Part shown: piece by piece, positions 37,639-48,394 of the stretch | Position numbering within the stretch: the stretch's first letter is position 1 | How the letters are laid out: the number at the start of each line of letters is the position of its first letter | IMG/VR virus record: IMGVR_UViG_3300019776_000212 | Coordinates: 32,212 to 96,211 of that record | DNA: 64,000 bases | DNA from: a virus | Direction: 5' to 3' (one strand) | Program-made: the position numbers and the translations under genes | Notes under the pieces: generated by a model | Seen by the model: the letters and a program-made list of their open reading frames with translations, nothing else | What the model was told of the DNA's origin: nothing | The model's database searches: none

Positions 37639-39102
37639 TTATACTACAGTGATCTCAATCATGTCTGCTGAGGTTCTAGCCACTTGATCGAAGTTGATTG
37701 TGATGTTAGTCATGCCTGTTGGGCTTGCTGTTGTGCCGATTGTCAAACTCTGCACCATATGCCCCGGAACTTTGTTGATTGGGGTGTACAGTCTTGAATA
37801 AATGACGTCATCGCCAATCTTGTTGTTCTCTTCGAAGTAGTCAGTTAGGTTCTGCCTAACAAGCTGGGCAGCATCACCCGGCAGTGTGCCAGACCCGTCA
37901 GATACAAGCTCCATCTTAATGTAGCAAGGCACCTCTTCTGGCCTGTTAAAGCTGATCTGGTGAGGCAATCCCTGACTATCGACAATCTGCACAGTGCTTG
38001 ACCCATAGGACAAAATTCCTGTAGGCTTGTTTGTCCAGATTGCATTTGCAATGTCAGACGGCAGACCTCCAAGAACAAGAGGCATGAAGCTCTTTCTAGG
38101 CACTCCGTAAATGTCTGTTACGTCACTGTCGTTCTCGTACACCATAACGTCAGTCACGCCTTGAACGTTGTTCAGGGCGTCGATCAGAGCTTCAATGATG
38201 TTGGCAGACTGTACAAACTTAGAGTTTCTGAATCTCTCACGAAGTTCAGAGTCAGTTTCAGTGTATCGACCTGTTGTTGCTGCTGTTGGGTTCCAGATGG
38301 AATCCCATCCGCTAATAGGGACAGAGATTTGATCAATGGAGTTTGCAGGCTGTTCAAATGGACCCGTCTCGTCATCACTGACCAATCCAAGTTTGATAAT
38401 CTTCTCCATCAACATGTTAGGAGACACTTGGAATGTGGATACTTGGAACGGATCAAGTCGAGATATAAACAGTCTACCATCTTGCATGTAGCTTGTAAAG
38501 ACCCCAGCAAGAGAAATGTCTACAGCAGCCTCAAGTTGTGCCAAGATAGAAGCCTCAGTGGCATCTGGTGCAGAAGTGATGGAAACCTCTACGAAGTTTA
38601 CACCGCCGTCACTAGAATATCTGAAAGTGTACAGTGTACTTGGTTGTACGTTACTCACCTTCAAACCAACACCTGAGGCTGCCTGTGGCGTCATCAGGAC
38701 GGGGTTCATGATACTGAATGTACGCTGAGTTGTCGAGCTTCTTACCCTACCCTGAGGGCTGCTGATTACAATGCCGTTATCACCCTCAAGCAATACTTGA
38801 GATCTTGTAGGCTGGGCAGCAAGTCGATTGATACCAGACAGTGATACGATATTGTCTAGCGATACACCAGTTGCTGCGTTAGGGTTGAAGCTGTCGTGGA
38901 TTAGCTGTAGTTGCTCCCAAAGCTCGGCCTCTGCTGGTGCGATTACACCAATCAGACGACCAAGTGTAGAGTTTGGACCCATATCAACAACGTCACCAGC
39001 TGCCACAAGGTCAGCAAACAACGAAGCAGCTAGAGTGTAGAGATCGTTTCTGACGTCATCTAGGTCTTTGATCTCAAGTCCGTTTTCTGTTAGACCTGCC
39101 AT
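37639..39102 (-). CDS. baseplate J-like protein
   Basis: ATGxSLD, ETDSELRxR motifs. Confidence 0.85.
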   Translation of the reverse strand: MAGLTENGLEIKDLDDVRNDLYTLAASLFADLVAAGDVVDMGPNSTLGRLIGVIAPAEAELWEQLQLIHDSFNPNAATGVSLDNIVSLSGINRLAAQPTRSQVLLEGDNGIVISSPQGRVRSSTTQRTFSIMNPVLMTPQAASGVGLKVSNVQPSTLYTFRYSSDGGVNFVEVSITSAPDATEASILAQLEAAVDISLAGVFTSYMQDGRLFISRLDPFQVSTFQVSPNMLMEKIIKLGLVSDDETGPFEQPANSIDQISVPISGWDSIWNPTAATTGRYTETDSELRERFRNSKFVQSANIIEALIDALNNVQGVTDVMVYENDSDVTDIYGVPRKSFMPLVLGGLPSDIANAIWTNKPTGILSYGSSTVQIVDSQGLPHQISFNRPEEVPCYIKMELVSDGSGTLPGDAAQLVRQNLTDYFEENNKIGDDVIYSRLYTPINKVPGHMVQSLTIGTTASPTGMTNITINFDQVARTSADMIEITVV

Positions 39103-39473
39103 TATACTTCTCCGAATGAGATTGTGATTGGAAGCGATTCAGTGTTGTCAATAACCCTAACTGAGAACACCATAGAGTAACCCCTAGAGGCATTCTCAAG
39201 TGTTGACTCAAAAGAAAGGATCTCAATGACGTCAGGATCAGCTGCAATGATTTGTTGGAAGATCAAGTCAACAGATTGCTTACTTCTAATCTTTCCGAAA
39301 ACTTGTTGCACATAAGGAACTCCTACAGATCGATCCAAAAACCACTCACCAAGGAATGTGTACAACGTTACTTTAAGTCTTTGTGAAACTACGCTAATGA
39401 GTTTCTGTGTAACAGGGCAGTCACCATTGACGAATACCATGTCGTTTGTTTCTGAGTCAAGTAGAAGATCCAT
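39102..39473 (-). CDS. baseplate wedge / sheath initiator
   Basis: QRLK..L.TFLGEWFLD..GVPY. Confidence 0.75.
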   Translation of the reverse strand: MDLLLDSETNDMVFVNGDCPVTQKLISVVSQRLKVTLYTFLGEWFLDRSVGVPYVQQVFGKIRSKQSVDLIFQQIIAADPDVIEILSFESTLENASRGYSMVFSVRVIDNTESLPITISFGEV

Positions 39474-39480
39474 ATTATCC

Positions 39481-40296
39481 TTATCCGGCAACAGGGCCGC
39501 TGTTGTTTGGTCCTGACATAACACCGCTGTGGAAGTGTGTATCGAACAGTACGCCGTTGAATCTGGCTTGTCCTGTGATTGAGTAGTTTCCAGTTTGGGT
39601 GTAGTCGCCTGTTTGTGTAACATTACCCATGTGAGTTACGTCACCAGTGTGGTTTATATCGCCGTTCCAGTTTGTTGTATCAACGTTCACATCCATCTGT
39701 GGTGCATTGATCTCCACCTTCTCCCTTGCGTTCACAGTTGCAGTGAGGCTGTTTGTGATCACATTGAAGTCTGTGTTTACGATGATATCGCCATTCTCCT
39801 TCATCTGAATCATAACCTCTGAACCAGAGCCTACGTTATGTGCGATAACAAGGTCTTTTGAAGGATCATGAGGAAACTTTCGAATTGCCACTTTGTTCAT
39901 TGAACGGGCAAAAGTGCGAAGACCGGGGATGGCAATCGCGTCCTGATCTGAAAACTTCCTAAAGTCGTTAGGTGGAGTTGGCAGTCCGTTTGAGATCTTG
40001 AAGTTGTCCATTGATCTCTGTGAGAATACACACAGAACAGTGTCACCAACATTAAGAGGGAAGCTCACAAGGGATGTGTTACTGCCCGGAAGTACAACTG
40101 GTACACTCAAAATCTGTGGTTGTGGGTCAGACGTACCGTCCTTGTAGAGGTTGTTGATAGCTGGCTGCACATCAACCCTCTGGTCACCAAAGTCACCGTG
40201 CACATTAGTGATGATACACGGGATGGCTGTTGCCACTGATCCCATTTCAATCTGGAATTGTGTGGCAACGAAGTCGTCAATTAGGGCTTCAATCAT
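39481..40296 (-). CDS. baseplate central spike (Gp138-like)
   Basis: VDVQP, GDxVLxVFSQR, C-terminal HxH iron-binding motif. Confidence 0.85.
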   Translation of the reverse strand: MIEALIDDFVATQFQIEMGSVATAIPCIITNVHGDFGDQRVDVQPAINNLYKDGTSDPQPQILSVPVVLPGSNTSLVSFPLNVGDTVLCVFSQRSMDNFKISNGLPTPPNDFRKFSDQDAIAIPGLRTFARSMNKVAIRKFPHDPSKDLVIAHNVGSGSEVMIQMKENGDIIVNTDFNVITNSLTATVNAREKVEINAPQMDVNVDTTNWNGDINHTGDVTHMGNVTQTGDYTQTGNYSITGQARFNGVLFDTHFHSGVMSGPNNSGPVAG

Positions 40297-41177
40297 TCTA
40301 GTTCCTCCGAACTCATCTCTGAACAGAAGCACTCAACATACCAGTCATCTGATCTAAAATCTCCTGAGAACCTAGACGAGTTGACTCTGTAGACGCCATT
40401 GATGAACTGTGACTCAAGCTTCACAATAGCACCCGGAATGCACTCTGTGTTTAGGAGTGTTTTGAACTGCACACCGGACTTTCTCTTCTGGCCTTTCTTA
40501 GGTCTTCTTCCCATTTCAGTGGTTGTGAAGGGGACGTCAATCATACCTGTTTCAGCGGAGATCAACGGGGCCATAATCACGTTCTTTGTGTAAGCCCCGT
40601 TGATATCTGAGACATTCAGAACCCCACCAGATACAGCATACTCAATGTCATTGGCTTCGCACAACTTCTTAAGCATCTGTGCAGGAGTCCCATTAAGCCT
40701 CCAACCGAACACGATTGGGTTGTTGAGGTTTGTACCTGTGTAAGCTCCACGGCTCACTCCGGGCATCTGTGCTCTAATGTCTTCGATCACTTGTTGCACT
40801 GTAGATCCCGGAGGAACAATTCCTTTAACAGATTGGTGATTCAGATCACTGTAGCCTTCACCCATCTTAACCTGTGTAATGTACTCTGTGCCGCGTTTTA
40901 CAGTCTTCACCTCAACAACGTTTCCACTCACAACAACCCGAGCACCAGTGTCAGCGTATCCCACTGAGAACGTGCACTCAAGGTAATCTCCTTGTAGGAG
41001 TGCAATCTGGCTCCGATTCAGGTTGTAGATCTCAATTACGGCTGAGTTGCCATTGTTTCTTTTCGAGTCAGCTGTTTTGGAGATATCAAAGGTGATCTGA
41101 GACTCGGTGATTCTAATCCCATTACCTGTCTTGTAATCTCCAACAATAAGCTCGTACACCCTGTTTCTTTGAACCAT
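40293..41177 (-). CDS. baseplate hub protein
   Basis: IYNL...VGY motifs; position. Confidence 0.75.
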   Translation of the reverse strand: MVQRNRVYELIVGDYKTGNGIRITESQITFDISKTADSKRNNGNSAVIEIYNLNRSQIALLQGDYLECTFSVGYADTGARVVVSGNVVEVKTVKRGTEYITQVKMGEGYSDLNHQSVKGIVPPGSTVQQVIEDIRAQMPGVSRGAYTGTNLNNPIVFGWRLNGTPAQMLKKLCEANDIEYAVSGGVLNVSDINGAYTKNVIMAPLISAETGMIDVPFTTTEMGRRPKKGQKRKSGVQFKTLLNTECIPGAIVKLESQFINGVYRVNSSRFSGDFRSDDWYVECFCSEMSSEELE

Positions 41178-41185
41178 ATTGCCTC

Positions 41186-41527
41186 CTAGTCGGCTGTTGT
41201 ATACACGTAGTACAACCTAAAGAACTCTGGAACCGTGCTAAACTCTTCACCAACTTTTGAAGCTAGATCAGGATTTACTGGCAATAGTTCGAAGTGTCCG
41301 TTAAGGCCCACCTCTTCCAAGTTGTAGTCTACGATGATTGGATATTGAGGTACAAGTGCGATCCCAAGTACAATAGGAGTCCTGTCCTCAAGTCTGATAT
41401 CAATATACCAAGACCTTGATTTACGATTCCACTTAAAGGTGAGCGTGTAGGCTCTACCCTCCAAGCTCATACCGTATGTGTAGTTTCTCTCGGCGTAAAG
41501 TGGAAGTTGAATAAAGGTTGTTGTCAT
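41186..41527 (-). CDS. virion/baseplate protein
   Basis: WNxxxxxWYxDI motif; synteny. Confidence 0.7.
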   Translation of the reverse strand: MTTTFIQLPLYAERNYTYGMSLEGRAYTLTFKWNRKSRSWYIDIRLEDRTPIVLGIALVPQYPIIVDYNLEEVGLNGHFELLPVNPDLASKVGEEFSTVPEFFRLYYVYTTAD

Positions 41528-42384
41528 ACTCCCTGTGCCTCCGAGTTTTCTTGAGCATTCTCTTGCAATCTTTTTAGTGCAGACTTCTTAGAAAGGTTTG
41601 TTGGTTGGTTCTGAGAATCATCACCCTCTTCGGTAGGCTTCTTAGTAACCTCACCACTCTTCCTTCCTTTGTTGTTCACACCTTTATTAACCCTTACAGT
41701 TACCCTCACTTTCTCGATATCAGTGTAGTGCACCTTCTCAAAGGCCATCTGAGGGAACAACCCAAGTCCACTGTCAGCATCTTGAGCAAAGGACAATCTC
41801 GTAAACACCATATTGTCCCAGTAGCGAGATACAACGTTACCATCATACTCCATGAGTGTGAAGTTTTCTTTGTTCTCCCACATACTGATAAGTTCGTCCC
41901 TAACTGCCAAAGCTGTCTTCACTTTGTTCTGTGCGGTAACTTCAACAGTTGGGATTGTGTCTTTTGTAAACTGGCTTACAACCTCTGGCAAAAACTTCTT
42001 GAGAGTGCTTCCAGTTGTGTTGTCTTTGATCGTAACTGTGGTGTTTGTTGGGGTGTTGTTCTGATATTGTTTCTGCTGCGTCTTTGGCGGCTTCAAGATA
42101 TCATACAAACCAGTTTCAGGGTTTAGTTCGTAGTTACTGTAAGACAGCTGGCTTTCTACAAGTCTAGGATCATTACCGGTAAGTGATGGCCTGTCCAAGT
42201 TGAAGTCAGCGTCAGATAGGACAGCAGACAGTGTAAACTTCTTGTTGTCCTTGATTGTGTGGTCAGAGATATAGCCACCTGTAGCCACTGGGTGCTTTGT
42301 GACGGTCGATGTGTACGACTCTTCAATACTTGTTACGGCATCAAAGTAGATCACATCGCCGTTTTCACGGCGAAGTACATACAT
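41524..42384 (-). CDS. baseplate/tail tube initiator-like protein
   Basis: FDAV...VTKHPV..G..ISDH; follows tape measure. Confidence 0.7.
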   Translation of the reverse strand: MYVLRRENGDVIYFDAVTSIEESYTSTVTKHPVATGGYISDHTIKDNKKFTLSAVLSDADFNLDRPSLTGNDPRLVESQLSYSNYELNPETGLYDILKPPKTQQKQYQNNTPTNTTVTIKDNTTGSTLKKFLPEVVSQFTKDTIPTVEVTAQNKVKTALAVRDELISMWENKENFTLMEYDGNVVSRYWDNMVFTRLSFAQDADSGLGLFPQMAFEKVHYTDIEKVRVTVRVNKGVNNKGRKSGEVTKKPTEEGDDSQNQPTNLSKKSALKRLQENAQENSEAQGV

Positions 42385-44747
42385 TACTTATCATCCTTCT
42401 GTCTGGCACGAGCATTCTCAATCATCTGTGTGAAGGCTTGCTCTGCGACTTTTTTGATTGGCTGCTCAAGTTGTTGAGACAGGTCTGTAGCGTTTAGCAA
42501 ACTTCCTTCAATTGTGATAGGGATGCTAATTTGCACACCGCCAATGATACCATTTCTGGCTACACCCTCAGCTTGTTGTGCAGCTACGGCAGCCGCTGCT
42601 CTAGCAGCAATCTCTTCCATGTTAAGGAGTGATTGTGCACCCGGAACGTCTGCACTACCATTCGCTGTACGCTGTTGTACGGATTCTGCGGTGATTTGGT
42701 TGCTTTGATCCATTGCCCACTCAGGGCCCATCGCAATGGCTTGGATGTTCCTCAGGTTGGCTTCAAGGGCAGTACCCGTCTGGTTGGCGTTCTGTGAGAA
42801 GACACCAGCAGCAACAAACCTATCTACAAGGTTGTTGAAGGTTTCAAGGATCACTTTAAGTTCTTGCATTGTGGTGATCAGCATGTCAGAGAATTGAAGC
42901 CCTTCCATACCTGCCGCCAGTTTAACAAGTTCCTCAAATGCAGCTTTGATGTTGTTTCCAAACTTCTCAGCTTCTGCTGACAGTTCAGTGAAAGCTGCTT
43001 GAGCTTCTGGTGTAGAGGCCAGCCAGTCACCAAACACAGACTCACCACCTTCCATGAAGGTAATCAGGTCATCGAAGGCAAGAGCAAGGGAGCCAACTAC
43101 AGCAAGAATACCACCGAATGGAAGCATAAGGGTAGAGGCTGCAATACCGATAGCCATCATCTGGCCAGATGTCAGTCCCATTGTACTTGACAAGTTTGCG
43201 AGCCAAGCCACTAGATGTGCACCAACGTTGATCACAGCATTAACTGGTTCAACCAAGTAGCTGAAAGCTTCACCAAGGGCTTTGATCATTGGTGTGGCTG
43301 TATCAAGTCCGTCAGCAAGAGCTTTGAAGAAACCTCCCATACCTTTGTCGAACCCAGCAGCAGAGAACACCTCTACAGAGCGACTGAATGCGTTGTTGAA
43401 TCTACCCTGCTGTGCTGCTGTAGCTTCCATTGCCTTTTCAAGTGCGCCACCTGATCGTGCGCGCTCTGCAAGGATTCCAGCAAACTTCTCCATTACAGCT
43501 TGAGATTTAACTTCACCATTTTCCATAGCTTTGAACAGCTTAGCAACAGAGTCAGCGTCAGAACCAAATCCAGCAGCCTCAGCCATAGCAGAGATCGCCC
43601 CCGGCATACGTTCAGCAAGCTGACCTTTAAGTTCTTCGGACATTACCTGTCCTTTGTTCATCATCTGTTCGATGGCTTTCATGGAACCTTTCATAGACTC
43701 GTTGTCCAAGCCCATAACTCTACCATACTCTGTAACACCTTTGAAGATGTTCTGTACAGATTCTGTAGACATTCCAGAAGTCTTACCAGAGGCAAGCATC
43801 TTGTTGAATGAAGGTCCAACTTGACGGAAGTCGAAACCAATCTGATCAGCAAGGTTTCTAACCCATGCAGTTTGCTCTGCACCGGCTTCCTTACTTCCCA
43901 TTACAGCAGTCATGGCCAAGTTCTGGCCTTGCATCTGTTGGTTGATTTGGTTCAGCTGTGATAGTGCAAATGCCGCTCCAAGCCCCGGAATGGCCCCTCT
44001 CATGAACCCCATGCCAGCACCCATGATACCACCGCCTACAGCACCAGCTCTGCTGCTACGGCCCCCGCCAGCGCCCTTAGGGGCACCACTGGCATCAAGC
44101 TTGATCTTGAACGCATCTTTCAATGCAGCTCTGATCTGCTCACGAAGGTTTTCCTTGTCAACCTGCAACCTCACTTTAGGGTCTTTCAGGTTGATCTTGA
44201 TCTCACCAATCTTGCCTTGAGCATATCTCAGGCTTCTACGGGCATTTGCGATAAGCTTAGCTCTTGAGATATCAGCGTTGAGGTGTAGTTTGAATTTGTT
44301 CTCTGTGAGTGCCTTCCAAGTTTTGAGTTGGCCTTCTGCTTCTTTCATACGAAGGGTAACAGGAAGTTGAAGAGACATCTTTCCAAGTGTTGTGCGGATT
44401 ACGTTACGCTGTGCAAGTAGATCTGTTAGGTTTACTGTGATCCCTCTCAAAGGGATTGGAGTGCTTCCTAGCCTATGTTTGATCTTTGCTGAAATGGCTG
44501 CAACAGCTTCTTCACTCACTGTGAAGTGCTTTAGCACCACCTTGGCATTGGCAGCCTTTTCAAGTTGTGCACGGAGCGAACGAGAGTCGAGGCTTACCTT
44601 GATATTGTATTTCTTGTTAGCTTCTGCTCCAAACTTCTGGAGCATCCCGGTAACTTTCTCAAGACGTTTCTCAAATGCCATCAGTGGGCGGTTGTCAACG
44701 TTAAACTTGAGCGTACCCGTCAGGCGGGCGATTTCTTGTTGAATCAT
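42384..44747 (-). CDS. tape measure protein
   Basis: QMMNKGQVMSEELKGQLAER tape-measure motif. Confidence 0.9.
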   Translation of the reverse strand: MIQQEIARLTGTLKFNVDNRPLMAFEKRLEKVTGMLQKFGAEANKKYNIKVSLDSRSLRAQLEKAANAKVVLKHFTVSEEAVAAISAKIKHRLGSTPIPLRGITVNLTDLLAQRNVIRTTLGKMSLQLPVTLRMKEAEGQLKTWKALTENKFKLHLNADISRAKLIANARRSLRYAQGKIGEIKINLKDPKVRLQVDKENLREQIRAALKDAFKIKLDASGAPKGAGGGRSSRAGAVGGGIMGAGMGFMRGAIPGLGAAFALSQLNQINQQMQGQNLAMTAVMGSKEAGAEQTAWVRNLADQIGFDFRQVGPSFNKMLASGKTSGMSTESVQNIFKGVTEYGRVMGLDNESMKGSMKAIEQMMNKGQVMSEELKGQLAERMPGAISAMAEAAGFGSDADSVAKLFKAMENGEVKSQAVMEKFAGILAERARSGGALEKAMEATAAQQGRFNNAFSRSVEVFSAAGFDKGMGGFFKALADGLDTATPMIKALGEAFSYLVEPVNAVINVGAHLVAWLANLSSTMGLTSGQMMAIGIAASTLMLPFGGILAVVGSLALAFDDLITFMEGGESVFGDWLASTPEAQAAFTELSAEAEKFGNNIKAAFEELVKLAAGMEGLQFSDMLITTMQELKVILETFNNLVDRFVAAGVFSQNANQTGTALEANLRNIQAIAMGPEWAMDQSNQITAESVQQRTANGSADVPGAQSLLNMEEIAARAAAAVAAQQAEGVARNGIIGGVQISIPITIEGSLLNATDLSQQLEQPIKKVAEQAFTQMIENARARQKDDK

Positions 44748-44762
44748 ATAAGCCTCTTATCC

Positions 44763-45029
44763 CTAGCTGGGTTTGTTTTGCTCTGCTGTGAGTTTTGCGA
44801 TAGCTGCATACTCAGCCTTAGCTTCGATAATCTCCAGCATGTTGTACAAGTCCTCGGTGTTACAGACGGTATCAAGCTCTACGTAAGTGGCTAGTGGATG
44901 GTCATCCGACAGCACCATATACACTTCCCAATCCTGAGAGTATGTGTCTTGAAGAGCTTGAATACGAGGATTCACCGTCTGCGATTCAGATTGCTCTAGG
45001 CTACGTCTGAACCGAGCATTGTAAAAACC
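44763..45029 (-). CDS. tail assembly chaperone, -1 frameshift extension (GT-like)
   Basis: Frame open from slippery GGTTTTT (45023-45029) to 44763. Confidence 0.7.
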   Translation of the reverse strand, partial: GFYNARFRRSLEQSESQTVNPRIQALQDTYSQDWEVYMVLSDDHPLATYVELDTVCNTEDLYNMLEIIEAKAEYAAIAKLTAEQNKPS

Positions 45030-45355
45030 GAGCCATAGTTGAACATGAAACTCTCCTTGGCAAGGAGGTACAGCTTGTCATACTCACCAGCAAACTCCAT
45101 ATCGTAGCTTAGTGCAACACCGCCCTTAGAGGCGCTTGATACAAGTTCAGTGATGAGCAAGTCGGAATCTTCGTCCATGGCTTCGATGAAGCTCTTGAAA
45201 GCGTCCTCGATACCCTTGCCAGCTTGTAGGGATACAAAGCCCGGACCCAACACCTTCAACAGCTTCTTAAGAAGCCTCTGACCACGAAGTGTAGGGAATT
45301 GGGTTAGAAGGTAGGTTGTTCCTTTTACAGTAACTTCTTTTTGCTGAATAGCCAT
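44996..45355 (-). CDS. tail assembly chaperone (G-like)
   Basis: Position before tape measure; slippery site near 3' end. Confidence 0.8.
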   Translation of the reverse strand: MAIQQKEVTVKGTTYLLTQFPTLRGQRLLKKLLKVLGPGFVSLQAGKGIEDAFKSFIEAMDEDSDLLITELVSSASKGGVALSYDMEFAGEYDKLYLLAKESFMFNYGSVFTMLGSDVA

Positions 45356-45365
45356 GTCATTTCTC

Positions 45366-45905
45366 CTATGAGATTATGTCTCCGATAGTGTCGGAGGCTG
45401 TGTCAATTACATCAGATGCCAAACCACCTAGGTAGTCAAGAGCACCATTTACAGAGTCGAATACATCAAACCCTTGTCTTGCGTTACCACCAACTCCACC
45501 ATCCAAGAAGTTCAGACATTCAATACCCCACACTCTGGTCTGTAGCTCGCCAGTTAGGGGAATGTCTGGATACTTACCAATAAAGGCTGTGGTGCTTTGA
45601 TAGAATGTCGATCCGCGTGTATCAGTGACAGAGAACTCAAGTCTAGCTGATCTGTTTCTTCTATCTTGGACAAGGATTTGTGTGAGGATGTCATTCGAGA
45701 TGCTGGTTTGTAGCAGCTCAACCTCCACAATAGCATGAAGGTTGTTGTTGAACACTCTTGTGTGCTTTCCGTTCAAACCATGAATAACACGGAATGGGGG
45801 TGGGCCTTGCCACTTTAGTGTCACGGCGACAACGCCAGTAAGAACGTATCCGCAAAGGATAAGTTTAACATCGGCTGGGCTGTACGTCAATACGTTAGAA
45901 GCCAT
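45366..45905 (-). CDS. tail tube-like structural protein
   Basis: TYSP.DV...LLQTS.SNDIL...D..G, paralogous to tube. Confidence 0.7.
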   Translation of the reverse strand: MASNVLTYSPADVKLILCGYVLTGVVAVTLKWQGPPPFRVIHGLNGKHTRVFNNNLHAIVEVELLQTSISNDILTQILVQDRRNRSARLEFSVTDTRGSTFYQSTTAFIGKYPDIPLTGELQTRVWGIECLNFLDGGVGGNARQGFDVFDSVNGALDYLGGLASDVIDTASDTIGDIIS

Positions 45906-45916
45906 GAATTACCTCC

Positions 45917-46420
45917 TTAGAATACGCCAAAGTTTTTGAGCATTGGCAGTGTAGAACTTCCCATCAGAAGCATATCTTCGATGAGGCTTGTGTCACCATT
46001 ACCACCGATTGTAAGTGCAACGTCTGTGCACCCAAAGGTCCAAGTACGGGTATCAAGTTCTGCACCAAATGTAACCTCAGGAATATCAGAGATCCATGCT
46101 GTAGCAGCTAGGAAACTTGTCTGTCCTCTGCCGTCTTTGATGAACAGGGGAATCTTCCCCATGTGTGTGACAGAGTCAACGTTGTACAGCATGGACAGGA
46201 TGTTGTTTGTTGGTGAGGACTGTGCGAGAGTCAACTCAACCTTGTAGCCAGCATCGTCGAAGTATTGACGTGCAATCTCCCCGTCCATAGCTCTCACTTT
46301 GTTGAACGGTTTGATGTCTTTTGTGATCTTAATGAACGTACCATCCGCATACCCTACAACGGAGTGGATACCGGCAAGAGTTACAGTTACGTCCATAGGT
46401 GAATAAGTTGAGATAGCCAT
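45917..46420 (-). CDS. tail tube-like structural protein
   Basis: TYSP.DV, LAQSSPTN motifs. Confidence 0.75.
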   Translation of the reverse strand: MAISTYSPMDVTVTLAGIHSVVGYADGTFIKITKDIKPFNKVRAMDGEIARQYFDDAGYKVELTLAQSSPTNNILSMLYNVDSVTHMGKIPLFIKDGRGQTSFLAATAWISDIPEVTFGAELDTRTWTFGCTDVALTIGGNGDTSLIEDMLLMGSSTLPMLKNFGVF

Positions 46421-46493
46421 TCAGTCCTCCTTAAAACTAAAAGGGCTCCCACCCGTTAAGGTAGAAGCCCGAGTTGGATAACCTTTCGGTTTA

Positions 46494-47024
46494 TTAGCTT
46501 GCGATCCAACGTTGGTCAACTGTGAACCCAAGGGCTGATAGTGTATCCTGATCCTCTGGGGACAGAATAGCGTTACCACCGATGTAAGTGTCAAGGTTGT
46601 GGGCTTGAATTACCCAGTCACGTGTTTGCATGCTGTTTGCAAATGAAGAGTTTGGAACTACTCCAATATAGGCGTCGTCCGAGAAGTATCGGCTACGTCC
46701 CGATGCGTCCGAGATCTGCAAGCTGAACAAACCTGTGCTGTTACGACTGGCAGCGTCATTTTGGTAAAGAGCTGACAGGATGTCGTTAGAGGCAGAAGTT
46801 TGCTGCAAACTCAGAGTAACTGTTGCACTCTTGTTTGCGTTGTAGATGCGGGTTGAAGTGTTATCTGCACCAGTGTACATTGTAAACGTCTCTGCAATAC
46901 GCTCGATGTTTACAATGCTGTCTTCCGAGAAGCCACTGACAATGTGTGCAATACCTGTGTCACGTTGCGTCAGAACAACAGTAACGTCGTTTGGTGCGAA
47001 TGTAGCTAGGCGTTGAACTGCCAT
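46494..47024 (-). CDS. tail tube protein
   Basis: Follows sheath; GAD, LQQTSxSN motifs. Confidence 0.8.
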   Translation of the reverse strand: MAVQRLATFAPNDVTVVLTQRDTGIAHIVSGFSEDSIVNIERIAETFTMYTGADNTSTRIYNANKSATVTLSLQQTSASNDILSALYQNDAASRNSTGLFSLQISDASGRSRYFSDDAYIGVVPNSSFANSMQTRDWVIQAHNLDTYIGGNAILSPEDQDTLSALGFTVDQRWIAS

Positions 47025-47071
47025 ATTTTTCTCCTAGTTAGTGGAAGGGGCCTTTCAGCCCCGAACAATCC

Positions 47072-48364
47072 TTAGACTGTTACAGTACCACGGATTTTAA
47101 CGAAGTGGATGGCACCAGCCAGACGTGCTTCGAATGTGATGCCTTCGAAGATACGTTGTGCTCTCAGGTTTGGTGCAACAGACAGAACATCTGGAACACT
47201 TACTGTTGGAGCAGGGCTGTCAGACAAACCACCAGCACGGATACCGTCATTCAACTGAGCACGTACTTCTGCTTCGATGATTGCTGTACCAGCTGCTGTG
47301 TAAGGGATTTTCTTGCTGTTACGCATACGGAACCACAGGCGCTCTTTCATGCGCTGCTCAAGCCAGTCTACGAACACCATAACGTCGATCCATTCGCCAC
47401 CGAACATCTTACCACCAACAGTGCTGTTCAAGCCACCAATGGTTTCGTAAGTGTTACCGTTCTTGCCTAGGATGTTGGCAGATACAGTGTCGCTCAGTCG
47501 AGAAACCAATACACCAGAAAGCTCCTTGTAGGCCCATGTGTTGCTGCCCGGCTGCTCTTGGAGTTGGTAACCGATCCATGCACACTCTGGGTATTCAGTG
47601 TCAGCTGTTGCCGACCACAGTCCGAATGTACGCTGGTAAGTGAGTGCCTTCATCTGGCTGAATACGTCAGTTGTGCCAGTTGTCTGGATATCCTGAGAAG
47701 CCGAAGATGTTCCAAAGATTTTCTTCTTGCTTTCGATAACAGCAGCAACGTCTAGTACGTCAGCTGGAAGGTGAGACTCGATAGCTAGGGCATACCAAGT
47801 GTCATCAACCGATTGAACAGCTTCAATAGCTGTTGGCCAGCTTTCTGTTGAAGGCGCGTTAGCAATCGACATGTTTGAAGTAACTTTCAACGAGTATCCA
47901 ACCTCTGGGGCTGCCGACACTGTCATGGTTCCATCAAGTTTGTCTTCCAATGTAACACCAGCAACTGGAGATACGTTGTATTCCACCAGCAGACCAGCCA
48001 TGATATCGGCTGAGGTGTCAGCTGTGACAGTTGTGTAAGTGAAAGTTTGACCGCTCACTGTGATCGAATAAGCAACCCCGATAACGACGTTGTTAATGGA
48101 CACTGTAGAACTAGGGACATGTCTGCGACCAATTACAATCTTGGTCGGCTTAAGTTGTTGTCCGAACAGCTTAGTAGCCGCAATGTAGGCTGTGTCGGTT
48201 GTCTCGATGTCTTCGGCAACAGCTTCAATTGTAGAGTATGCACGTGCACGCTCTGGGAACGCCGTGTGGGCAGAGATGAACAGAGGTACGTTGAAGTTTG
48301 TCTGAGTCACTGCCGCAGTTTCGCGTGTGATCTGGATATCAATGATATCTGTAAGTCTAGTCAT
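47072..48364 (-). CDS. tail sheath protein (DUF3383-like)
   Basis: PGSNTWAYK, GEWIDV..DWL, KIPYT.AG, LAGAIH. Confidence 0.9.
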   Translation of the reverse strand: MTRLTDIIDIQITRETAAVTQTNFNVPLFISAHTAFPERARAYSTIEAVAEDIETTDTAYIAATKLFGQQLKPTKIVIGRRHVPSSTVSINNVVIGVAYSITVSGQTFTYTTVTADTSADIMAGLLVEYNVSPVAGVTLEDKLDGTMTVSAAPEVGYSLKVTSNMSIANAPSTESWPTAIEAVQSVDDTWYALAIESHLPADVLDVAAVIESKKKIFGTSSASQDIQTTGTTDVFSQMKALTYQRTFGLWSATADTEYPECAWIGYQLQEQPGSNTWAYKELSGVLVSRLSDTVSANILGKNGNTYETIGGLNSTVGGKMFGGEWIDVMVFVDWLEQRMKERLWFRMRNSKKIPYTAAGTAIIEAEVRAQLNDGIRAGGLSDSPAPTVSVPDVLSVAPNLRAQRIFEGITFEARLAGAIHFVKIRGTVTV

Positions 48365-48394
48365 GATGACTCCTATTCATAGGTTGTGTTTTGT

